This document shows positions 52,951 through 64,000 of a DNA stretch of 64,000 nucleotides, piece by piece. The translations under genes and the position numbers were made by a program. The notes beneath the pieces were generated by a model. The model did no database searches, had not been told where the DNA came from, and saw nothing but the letters and a program-made list of their open reading frames with translations. Numbering within the stretch: position 1 is the stretch's first letter; the number at the start of each line of letters is the position of its first letter. Source of the stretch: Pocillopora damicornis (taxonomy: Eukaryota); the NCBI RefSeq assembly GCF_003704095.1, contig NW_020844815.1, forward strand, positions 124,001 through 188,000, written 5' to 3'.

Positions 52951-53649
52951 ATTGAAACCAAATATTGGAGTATAGGGAGGACTCCTCGTTCTTGACGCCA
53001 CTGCACAATTTAAGGCTGTTGTCCACGCACAACATAAGCATCAGAGCAAGAATCATACCGTAGAATGCTGAATGTCAGCCCGTCCGTACACAGGGCTATT
53101 GAAAGACTTGCCGTTCAACTACTTGCATTGCAAATGGCTGATGATCAAGGCAAACCTTCAACGAACAGCCTAAACGGCGCGATCAGCTCAAATGAAACAA
53201 GCGAAGAGAAACTGAAAGCTAGAAATTATGAACGATACTTTCTCTGTAATTAATGAGATTGCGTATGGCAGACCACTTCCTTGATCAGGGAAGTATTTAT
53301 CTTCTTCCTGGTTACTGCAAAACTTTGCTGAACTACTTCCCTATCTAGCTTAGTGACCACGCCTTGTTTACCAATGAAATAAAAATTAGGCTTCTTCACT
53401 ACGGGACAAAAGATATTCACTGCGAAACGCAGAGGCCTCGAGAACCGCGAAGGAGGGTAGCCTTCACAAATTTTGTCCCTTATATGAGACAGAAAAGCAA
53501 TAAAAAAGTAAAGATCATCGAAGACGATAAGAGAGGAGGTCTTGGAATGAATCCAAGAATGGTGCGAAGCCTACTCGTCCCTCCCCTGTCAGTCGTTTAT
53601 TGAGAGGATAACGTCATTAAGAGAAACGTGCTTGCCAACAAAACACAAC

Positions 53650-55578
53650 ATGGCGGACTGCGAATGTCAGAATGACGCTAGTGAAAAAGAATCACAGATT
53701 AAGGAAAAGAAGGCGAAGGGCCCAGAAAAAGATCTTCAAGCGATTTTCATGAAACTCAGAGTAGATAGTGGACCGTAAGTAACTACTGCATACTTCCTGT
53801 TTTCTTCGTAAAATTCACCTTTTGTAAGGGAGTTAAATAGGAACCGATATTGACGGAGAAACTTGGTCTTGTTGACGATAAATCAAATGTTTTTTTCTTT
53901 TCTTTTTTTTTTTGATATGGTACAATATCTTTTCAGAGGAATAAATGGAATTATCTGCATCAATAATTTTTGAAAATATTCTGTCTCAGAAACGTCAGTT
54001 CGATCAGACACGCAATATTCCGACGCGTGAGCATGTGAATCAGCAAGTATTTTCTGAACTAATGAAATGAAAAAACAATATTATTCCCCTTGAACTAAGA
54101 AACCTTAGGCAGAGTTTAAGGACATTATAACTACCCAAAGTATCATCAGGATTTAAGCTCTCGTCTTAAGGCCTCAATTATATGCTTCAATTTTCTGGTA
54201 GTAATTAAAAAAGTGCTGCAAGCAGCGTTTTACAAATGACTTCAGACATTCTCGTTCGCGGGTGCGAAAATCGAAATTGTCTGCATTTCAGTTTTCTTGG
54301 AATGTTTCTTTCGGTTTTCATCAAAATTTTCCCATGTTGTGTTTCTTTCTAGAAGCTTAAAAGAAAAAGTAAATAGTATATCGAACCTTATATTGTGAGA
54401 TTGACCAAAGAGAATCATGAATGTTCAATTTCAATTTAAGCTGTGCTATCGTTTTTCTGTGGTCAGTCTTCATATGTAGGACTTTGTTCTTTGAACCAGA
54501 TAGCATTTAACTGCCCGTTCAGAGCACCTCAACATACTGAAGTATGATCATGATAATCAAGTTTGATATCTTAATTGCATACTTGTTGGGCTCTGTAGTA
54601 AATTTACCAACTATAAACATACTTTTACAAGCAATAGCCTAAATCAACATGGTATGTTTAATGGATTATCAGTGTTTTCCCAATTATTTGCCTTTATTTG
54701 CACCCCAAAATCCCTCATGTCCAGGGAAGATCAGCTATTGAAATGGAAAAGTGGGATTTGCCTACCTTATTTAGAAGACAATATGCACACTTTGTGATTC
54801 ACAAACTGCTGTGGTTCCACTGTAAATTTTCTCTTGTTATTCAGGATGATTCTACTTTCATTATTGTCAACAGTTAATAAATAGAAGTGTAAAGCATTGT
54901 CTTTCAATATCTTTGTATGCTTTTTTGTTATGTGTGTGTTTGTGCATGCATTCTTCTGGCTTTCCTCACATGTAATACAATATAATGCATGGAAAGTTGT
55001 GTGGGTTTTTTCATAAAGGGAGCTGTTATTGTTTCTCACTCTAACTGTTCATTTTCTACCATAGTAAAAGACTTCGTAGGAAGACCCGGCTTGGAGTTCC
55101 TGGTAGTTTGAGAAGCAGAAACATTGACAGCATACAGAATGTGAGAAAGATCCTCAGGGAACCAACATTTGTTTACAAGAATCAGCAAGCTTCCTCTAAT
55201 GTTTACAAGAAACAACGAGCTTGTGGTTTTAGACGAAGAAGGCGTAAAGCTAGCCTTAGCCTAAGAGAGAAAAGGTGTCAAGAAGATCAAAGAGAATCAC
55301 ATAGTGACAGTGAACTTGAATATAACAAATCTCTTTTGGCAAAGAGTTTATGGAATGCAAGTAAGGAAGGAAAAGTTGTACCAAAGTCTTTTCAAACAAG
55401 GGAAATGGTTGCAGTTGACTGCAGCAGACAACACAGAAGATTTCAGAGTGCAAATGTTCAAAGAGCGGCAGGGGTGAACTTCGATGACACAACACCTGAA
55501 GAGTTGGCTGCATATTTTGATCAGTTGCTATATTTTCCGAAACCTATGTCAGCCATGGCTGAAATGATGTACACATAG
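53650..55578 (+). CDS. OSER1: Oxidative stress-responsive serine-rich protein 1 (OSER1/Perit1-like), 2 exons
   Basis: Exon 1 53650-53774 (..KDLQAIFMKLRVDSGP). Exon 2 55065-55578 ends CSRQ...FDDTTPEELAAYFDQLLYFPKPMSAMAEMMYT*, the OSER1 signature C-terminus. Confidence 0.9.
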
Positions 55579-56302
55579 TTATTACATGAAATAGTATAAT
55601 ATTTAAAGTCTTTGCTCCTATGACAGGCAACGTGAATATTCTCATGTGAATAGGGTCTTTTCTCATGATCTTTAAGATTTTGCCCTTTGATTCTTGTAAA
55701 TAAGTCTCCTCAGTAGACTTTTCTGAAGGAGATTTTTCTGTCGACTTTCATCTTTAATTTGTGGAGGTTATTTAATAAAAATTAATTAGTAGCACAATTA
55801 TTTGGTTTAGGCTGTGGTTAAAGGCTGTGGATTATTTCCAAGGGGAATAAATATATATATAACTGATTATTAGCTGAATAAACTCCCCTGATGAGTTTTN
55901 NNNNNNNNNNNNNNNNNNNNNNNNNNNNNNNNNNNNNNNNNNNNNNNNNNNNNNNNNNNNNNNNNNNNNNNNNNNNNNNNNNNNNNNNNNNNNNNNNNNG
56001 GAATATGAAGCACGCTTGTGCAATTGAATTTGATTAGACAAATTTACCAGCTATGTTATAAACGTCATTGTATCATGCATGACTGATGCTGAGGAGAACA
56101 GATAACTTTTTTCTTAGACACCACATTTTTGTGATCTTGTTTTGAAAAACGAAAGTTTTTCTGCCTGACCAAGAAAAAATAACATACTTTCTTGTTAAGG
56201 GGAGGTGGAAGAGGTAAATGGGTTTTAGGTCAAAGCAGTTAACTTTGCTCACCACTATTTCCCTCTCTCATAAACTGGGATGCAAAAGACAAAATGGAAA
56301 AA

Positions 56303-56587
56303 GGAGGCGAGCGTGGCCTAGTGGTTAGGGCGCTGCACTTGTAAGCCGGAGGTCCCGGGTTCAAGTCCTCCTCCCTGCCACTGGATGGATTTGTCTTCGG
56401 TGGCCCCTTCGGTGGCCCAACTCCTGCACGCTTTGTAAATAGCCAACTGGTCTGCCTCCTACCAGTTGGGGTTTTTAACGAGTTTCTGTTCATTTACGAT
56501 ATTTGTTTCCTTATTTACAGTGTCCCCAATTAGCACAGCAGTGCTAAAATACACTTACACTTAAATAAAGTTATTATTATTATTATT
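56303..56587 (+). mobile_element. tRNA-derived SINE
   Basis: A box TGGCCTAGTGG (56314-56324), B box GGTTCAAGTCC (56358-56368), unrelated body, AATAAA and (TAT)n tail. Confidence 0.85.
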
Positions 56588-56897
56588 AAAAAGCAAAATA
56601 TACCAAATTATTCAGGACAAGAAGGAAGTCTACTTCGTGAACATTGCCTAGGTTACAATCTCTGTACGTAAGCCCTAATTTCTCTCGTTCCGAAGCCCGC
56701 ATTATTTATTTATACTGTACAGTTGGCTTCAAAGGTAGAGCTTGTATTTTTATTTAAGTCACATTCAGTTAAATCTGGAAAGTTCATTGGTTATGAGGAC
56801 CACTGTTAAATAAACTTGACATTACAAGTGTTTTACATCAAGTAACTGTTGCGAAAAAGTAGTTAACATATGAAAATATTTTTTGAAAATCAACACT

Positions 56898-59800
56898 ATG
56901 TATCGTAGTCGGCTTAGAATAGTGAATATTTATTGTGTTTTACATTGTTTTAAGCGGCAATCGTCGATTGTACCACGGCGGTGTATATACAGGGGGAAAG
57001 GCGGTGGTATAAGCGTGTTTACGACGCCTCAAAGCGCGGATGTTTTTGTGGCTAGTTTGCACGAGGAAGAACGCCTACTGCTTCGTGAAGCTCTAAGAAT
57101 ACATGATCAAGCTGATGAAGACACAGGTAGTCTGAAATGAGCGTATACTGACCCGAAAAATATGATATATTATTCCATGGATCATTTCTTTGCTTTGCAC
57201 AACGTTGTTCGTGGGTTATGCGTGTGTATCAATATATCCATAATTATTCTCTTTTTTTTGTCTTCCTTTTATTCAATAGGAAAGGAAAACTCAAATCCTC
57301 CCTCAGTTAAACAATTAAGATTAGGTAATGTAACGTCATCTGTAGATAATGTCCAGAACGGTTGGTTTCCATGCTCATATAAACAAAAAATTGTATCAAC
57401 TCGTGCATAAATTATGCGTGCATGAATGAGGTATGGTGTACCAAAAGGGACAAGTACCACTAAAAATGAAGGGGGTAACTGTACCGCTGTGGCTAGTGGG
57501 ACAGAGTTTGCTATGTCATTCTAAGAGAAGATTATGCCAACTCTTTGAATTGTTATTGGTGCCTCACACACACAAGAAATCTCCTGGTCTCCCATGCAGT
57601 TCCCCAAACTTCACAGATTAAGGCTAGTTTATATATTTTACTTTGATGGTTTACAAATGGATTTTGAGGAGTTGTTGTACTTTTGAGATTTTTTTTTTGC
57701 TATGGATGATTGGATGATGGTTGTCCATTTTAGCAACCTTTGTCTCCAGTTTGTAAAAGCAAATTGATATTAAATTGTCAACAACAACAACTTACAACAA
57801 AAAAATTGGGAGGGGACCAGGGGAGGGGGGTACATTGTAAACTGAAGAATACAAAGAAATCCTTCTTGTGTGGATAGAAAGCCATACCAGAAAAAAATGT
57901 TTGTTTTGAAGTTATGCCCGCTATGCGGTGAAGGTTGCCTCTTAGTCTCTGATTTAACCCTTCAACTCCCAGACCTGCTTAACATGAAACTTCTCCCTAC
58001 AATATCCATACATTATCCAGAAAAAATGTAATGAGAATACTCAAACTTATCTGGTAGAAGTTGCTATCTTGATCTGATTGCAAATTCTCGTAACTAAAGA
58101 TCAGATCTTGGGAGTTAAAGGGTTAATTACACATAGTATGAAAAAGTCAATTTTTGTGAAAGTTGTATGGTCTATGTTTTGTTTTTGTATAGTGTGAATT
58201 ATAACATGTTAACATGTATCAGTATTTGCAGGAAAATTTTGAATATTTTGGTCGGCACATAACACTCCTACACTAATTGTAGTTACTGATGATGACTGTT
58301 GATGGGAATTTTCCCCCATTAATGAGTGTCTGTCTTAAGCAAAAACAAGTTTCTTGTTATTCTCTTTACTCATTGGTATAATTTTTTTTCAGTTGCATTT
58401 CATAATGCCATTCCATTTATTGGATTTGGGTTCTTGGATAATGCCATTATGATAATTGCTGTGAGTACAATGCACCAGATATGAGACATAATAAATGCTC
58501 TTATGGTCTGCTTTTTATTTTTGGGGGAATTGCAAGAGGGGTCTCTGATCCCATTTCACCAACAAATTTTAGAAAAATTCATGGGTCACATTTTCCTTTA
58601 TCAGTTCTATGTCACAAATTTAAAAAGGAAAAACTGCTAATCTCACCTTGGCGCTAAACACACATCTCGTATATTAAATCCTTTGCTACCCTCTCAAAAG
58701 AACCAAAGATAATGGAGCTTGCATCAAGAGGAGACTCTGAGGACCTTTGTTAATGTCACTAATGGACTCAACTACAGTGTTTGCATCCATCTAATAGAAG
58801 TTCTTACTGACACAGGGTTGCTTTACAATGATTTTGGGAATGAAAAATCAGGACTTTAAGTTTGTGTCCACTAACATGTAATTGTGTTTGTCTGCTTTTA
58901 ATGGGACATAACACATTTTGGCCCTTATGGATGTGAGATCTTGGGCTGAAGTATGTATAGATTGTTATGTATGGGGAGTTGCAAAAATTTCCTTTCTAAC
59001 AAGAGAGGGAGCTGTTTCTCACAATTACCTAATAATGTTACTATCTTTTATCTATTTTTAAGGGAGAATACATAGATTTAACAATTGGACTGACCCTAGG
59101 GATTTCAACAATGGCAGGTTTGATTTGAACTTGTAATTTTGTTTTATATGTTGCTGAATAAAATAAAGATGTTTAAATGTGTACATGCATATCTCAGCAA
59201 AATTTTGCCAAATAGAAATGAGCAATGTAAGGTCTAGTGAGGAGCCAGTGCTTTTCATGGCAAAAGCAAGTTGTTCTGTTTGAGTTTAAGTATACCCAGT
59301 AGTAGAAGTGCTTAGGCCTCTTTGCTTAAGTGCATGATAGTGTTTCATTCCTTATTTTCTTTTTGACTTTGTTAGTGGTTATCTTGTAACAATTATAACC
59401 CTTTAACTCCCAAGATTTCATTAGTAATTCTCCTTACTGTCTGCCATACAATTTATATGAGCTTATCTTAGAGAATTTGGAATTGGATCAACCAATAATC
59501 CCCAAATTGATATTTTTCTTCATTCTCATCACTCATCTGGTTGATACTGTATTGATATTGTAAGGAGAAATTCTGTCTTGGTCACTCATGGGAGTTAAAG
59601 GGATAATGTGTGGGGTTTTGGTGTACCTGGTAATGAGAAATATCCAAATTTTGATTTTGAATTTCAGCTGCAGCCCTTGGTAATATTGTGTCTGATGTCT
59701 CTGGAATAGGGTAATTGCATTTAATTTGGGAAGAAAAAAATTATTTTCAATTTTGTTTTGATTCAGCGAGTTTGTTCTTTCTTGTTGTATTCAGTTATGA

Positions 59801-60692
59801 CTCTCTATTGTTATACTTGATACAGCTTAGCTCACTATGTTGAGGCAGCAACAAACAGACTTGGCTTTGAGAGCCCTAACCTTAGTTCAAAACAAACAGA
59901 GATGCCAAGGACAAGATTTGTAACAAACTTGGTAAGGGTTGCATAAAATTTATTGGGAAAAAAACGAATGCTGGAAACCTTGTTTTAGGTGTTACCTTTC
60001 CACTATTTTTGTTAGAAAAACAGATCAGGAGACAGACTGACAGACATCAGCTAGTCGACAGTTAAAGAGGGTGTAAGAGAGACAGATAGACAGACAGATG
60101 GACTGACAGAAGGACAGACAGACATACAGAAAGACAAACAGATGTGCTGACAGCCAAAATGATAGTCTGGATAAGATGGACTGACAGAAAGAAAGACTGC
60201 CAGACAGACAGATGGGCTGCAGGTAGCCACAATCATGATGTTCAGAAAGAGCGATAGATGGACCAACAGACAGACACAGACTGACAGACAGACTTAACAG
60301 ACAGGAGAACAGATAGATAGAAAAAAACTTACAGACAGATTGGTAGAGAAGGTTTAATTGCAGACTATAAAATAAAATAAATTAAGAAAGGAAGATAGAA
60401 AGGGAAACCTGTCATTAGTGATAATTAAAAAGTTGAACTGTGTTAGGTGATTTTTTCATTGTGGATTGGAAACTGTTTGCTTTCCAAAGGAAGTAATTAA
60501 TGCAGACTGTGATATAACTGTGAAACATTGGAATATTTCTCTCTCCTCATTCTCTAATTGAGTTCGTTTCTTTCTCAGGGAAGAGCCTTGGGTATTGTTG
60601 TAGGATGTTTTGTAGGGATGTTTCCATTACTCTTTTACAACAGCAAAGAAGACCATGAAGAAAAGTCAACACACAATGAAAGTAAACGATGA
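56898..60692 (+). CDS. TMEM65: Transmembrane protein 65 (mitochondrial inner membrane), 7 exons
   Basis: Exons 56898-57126, 57280-57324, 58393-58460, 59063-59117, 59668-59710, 59826-59931, 60579-60692. Arg-rich presequence-like N-terminus, FVASLHEEERLLL, PPSVKQLRLVAFHNAIPFIGFGFLDNAIMIIAGEYIDLTIGLTLGISTMAAAALGNIVSDVSGIGLAHYVE...GRALGIVVGCFVGMFPLLF. Confidence 0.93.
57954..58126. mobile_element. TTAA-flanked MITE (internally deleted copy)
   Basis: TTAACCCTTCAACTCCCA...GGGAGTTAAAGGGTTAA; same internal sequence as 5015-5356. Confidence 0.75.
59395..59606. mobile_element. MITE with CCCTTTAACTCCCA TIRs (different internal sequence)
   Basis: aaCCCTTTAACTCCCA...TGGGAGTTAAAGGGat. Confidence 0.7.
60030..60340 (+). 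repeat. Degenerate (GACA)n microsatellite in TMEM65 intron 6
   Basis: Repeated gacagacagatg/gactgacaga units. Confidence 0.8.
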
Positions 60693-61624
60693 AGTAGTTA
60701 AAAAAAAGAGTATAATTATAAAAATTGCTTAATGACAAAATTAACCTGGTGTAAAGATGCCTGGTTTGATGTAGTATGAATGCTGTTGGCACTTTTCATG
60801 GGCCTTTTTCATGGTGATCTCTCACACATGTTGTTTGTCTTCTTGCCAAGCACCTGCTACACAGGCAATGACAAATGTATAATTGTCATTAGTTTCAAAT
60901 GGGTTTCCTTTTATCACTGTAGATATACATGGTAGACTCGCCATTGTGAATCCTCAATTCACAATCAGAAATTCTTTTAAAAAATTAGTCATTTACAGCC
61001 TTGCAAATTGTCAGGTTGTAGAAAATATGAGTTTTACTCTCGCACAGAACTCTTCACATTATTTTGGACAGTTTATGAAAATATTGTATTTTTGCAAACA
61101 TTAGTTGCTAATTACCTCCGGCTCATATTTTGGGCCAGTCGCATTTCTTAGGGATACTGAGGTTTTATTGTTGTTTAGAACTTTTTCATCACTCAGAGGT
61201 CTGTGAATTTATCTGTTGAGCAATATAATTTATAGTTTGGTTTCTTGCTCAAAGCTACATAAAGTTAACATATATATTTAAATTATTTTACTGGAAAATG
61301 TGAAAAATTAATTAATAAATTACCATACACTGTGTTGGTTGGTTTTTTTGTTTTTGATCCAAAAAAATGGAAATGTGGTTACATTTGTAGATGGTCATGT
61401 AGATTGCTATTCATTTGGATTTTATGAAAGAACACAGTGATTACAGCAGGCTACTTCTTACCAGATAGTCAGATGTCTCCACAAATGCCACCTTGGACCA
61501 GAAATAACTGGATGTTGTAGGGTCATGTGATAGAGGATGAAGAGTACTTATTTAAAGGCCATGGGTTTGATTCCTCTTTTTCCTAATGGTACATCAAAAT
61601 TAGGCAAATCAATTTGAAAACATG

Positions 61625-61870
61625 AGGCAGTGTTGTGGTTGAGTGTATAGGACACTGGACATGCAATCTGTTGGTCCTGGGTCAAAATCTCTGCCATGCT
61701 ACTCCCTGGATCTGTTCTTAGTTACCTTGAGTTTGAATTTTCTGGCTACACTAACTCTGGAAATAGCTTTGAGTTTAATTATAATATTTTGGTCATTGGT
61801 CTTTCTATTGGCCCTGAAAAGCCCCCTTGGCATAGTAGTCAATTAAATTAATATCCATTTATTTATTTAT
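61625..61870 (+). mobile_element. Degenerate tRNA-derived SINE
   Basis: Decayed head (gaggcagtgttgtggttgagtg..ggtcctgggtcaaaatc) and (ATTT)n tail; resembles the 56303-56587 layout. Confidence 0.5.
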
Positions 61871-63135
61871 TGGCAAGTTATTCTAATAGCTCTGAGTAGA
61901 ATATGTGACTAAGATTAAAAGCAGATTTAAAAAGATAAGTTATAATTTTAGATTTAAAAGAAGAAATACCGGCAGAGAGCATAGTCATAAATTAAAAGGG
62001 AATCGTTCCATAGTTCTGGAGCAGCGACAGGCAGGAATCTTGCTCCGTTTTTTCACGGTATTCTTTCACTGCATGTCCTTACAGGTCTCTGAATTTGACT
62101 TTGAGAAAAAGTGGGCTTCTGATCTCAGTTATCTTCAAAGACGATCCCTTTTGACTGGTGTTAACATGTAGATGGGCCTTTAACTGGTGGGGCTCACGAG
62201 ATTGTGGGCGGAGGGGAAGGCGTAGTTAAAACTGAACAAACAGTTTTTCAGCTTTTTTTCCCTCTAGACGGGCCTGAACGGAGAGCACTTATGGAAGAGG
62301 GGTCGAGGGTTGGGGCGGTCTTATAACCCGAATGTTTATTGTTGATTCACAGTACAGATATCAGATTGACTTGGAATTTTAGCGCTTATTTTTCTAGAGA
62401 GGGTGGTTGAGTTACATCGAAAAGGTTAAGCTAAACAAAAACCAGAGGTTGAGCGGGTGGGAGTTCACGAGATCTTAAATAGGCGTGTTCCGGCTGGACT
62501 AATGAGGCGTGCGAATAAACACTTGTTATTGGACTTGACTGTAGGAGAAGATTTCACAATACTGCAGGTACCAGAAGATGTTTCTTAAACGGGACATGGC
62601 GAAGTTTTCGTGAAAAGTGTCTACAGTGTCAAATAAAACTAATAACACTTCAAGCAGGTACAATACACGACACTGTTGTGTTTTTGACAAATGAGTTTCT
62701 TGCTTTTTGGAAAGTAGTTAATATTTTATTTCAGGAAGTCTTTGGCACTAGTTGCTTCTTCGCGATCGACGATGTTCGTTTTTTACGTTGGTTGAATTTA
62801 GGAGAAAATGGTCGTTGATTTTTATGAAATGAAGAGATAGAATGAGAGATGAATGACTGTTGCCAACAGTTGGCAGAAAGGAAGGAGTACTACAAGCGTC
62901 GTCGAGTGAAGTGAACCTCTGTGCTTTCGTGAGGCAAAACTAAGAACGGTGTTAGTTCTCAGTTGTTGCTGAGAGATTTCAAAGGAGTATTGTTGTCTTG
63001 AAAAGTGAATACTTATGACAGAAGGTGGACCGGTTGAATTGAATCGAGCGGAGAATGATTAGGTGCTAAATTGGCAGACAGGTGTATATACAAAAGCAAA
63101 ACATTTTCAGATGTTGCGTTCGTGAACACGAAACG

Positions 63136-64000
63136 ATGAAAAACAAGAAAGAAAACAATATCACAGCAATGGGAAAACGAATACTCATTGTGGCATCAGT
63201 TTTAATGGTTTTAGCCGGACTTGTAGGAATGCTCTTGGAGGTACACAAGATGTCACAGGACACCGATCTCACTCTCGTCAAGCACGACATCGTCGGGGAC
63301 TATGATGAACTTTATGACGAGTATTTTCCTCGTCACTATCATGCCACAGGACTCCTCACTCTTCCATTCGATGATATCGTGGAGCCTTTTGAGGCGTGGT
63401 TTGCTGGGGACAGGAATATGAGTAGAATTGACTATTATTATGGTACGTATTTGCAAATGATTGAAAAATGTTCAATGAACCGTTGAATTGTAAAACCCAA
63501 CAATTACAACCTAAAAATTAAGTTTTTTTTTCTTTCTTAAGTTTATATTTTGGTTATACATTTGCTTGTTTTGCGGGTAATCTGCAGTATTGATGCTCTC
63601 TATTAGTATTAGTATTTTATTAAGATTTATTCCACTATCAACAACCCTTTATAATTTATACTCTAGTATCAGTATGCATATTCCCCATACCACCATACGT
63701 TCCTGAGGGGATGACAAGGAGAATTTGCTTAACAAATGAATGGGGGAAAAGAAAACAGATTTGGTGAAACGATGAATTAGTTACAAAGAGTTAGAAAAAA
63801 AGGAACAGAAGACTTTATGTTGTCTCAATAGAATCCTGGATATATCCGACCTCGTATTATCGCAAACCAATGTTGGCGCAGTTCCGTGAGCATAAGGAAC
63901 TCATATCTAAATCTAGTATTCCATGTTTATTTCTCAATTTTTTTACTACCTTAGGTATGGACAAAACAATTCAACGCGGAGACCTCGGTAAGCATGGCAT
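63136..64000 (+). CDS. Second 26/29-kDa/CfaD-type cysteine protease paralog, 5' part only (runs off window)
   Basis: Exon to 63442 (RILIVASVLMVLAGLVGMLL..FPRHYHATGLLTLPFDDIVEPFEAWF..MSRIDYYYG) and exon 63955-64000 (GMDKTIQRGDLGKHG), homologous to 35338-35456 and 35806-35850 with the same intron position. The start codon may lie in an upstream exon. Confidence 0.85.

Noticed and set aside
56303-56378. tRNA gene
   Set aside because: The acceptor stem does not close and the sequence continues into a SINE body and tail.
60051-60266. Ser/Val-rich ORF
   Set aside because: Translation of the (GACA)n microsatellite.

Overview
AT-rich, intron-rich animal genomic DNA; the dispersed repeats suggest a stony coral or related cnidarian (inference). 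Manual splicing gives seven complete or near-complete genes and one partial: CIB1-like (+, 163-11794), a cationic amino acid transporter nested antisense in its 6th intron (-, 5513-8824), VPS28 (+), SPO11 (-), a 26/29-kDa/CfaD-type cathepsin L-like protease (+), BSDC1 (+), OSER1 (+), TMEM65 (+), plus the 5' part of a second CfaD-type paralog at the window end. Notable non-coding or unannotated signals: small retro-insertions carrying minimal hammerhead-ribozyme motifs (Penelope-like; two with TSDs, one nested in a MITE), two paralogous H/ACA snoRNA-like elements in consecutive BSDC1 introns, a U12-type intron in SPO11, an RFX X-box followed by a possible unannotated small spliced gene, TTAA- and TA-flanked MITEs, tRNA-derived SINEs and a decayed SAP-like ORF. 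There are five N gaps. All coordinates were read by hand, and family assignments come from recalled motifs, not database searches.
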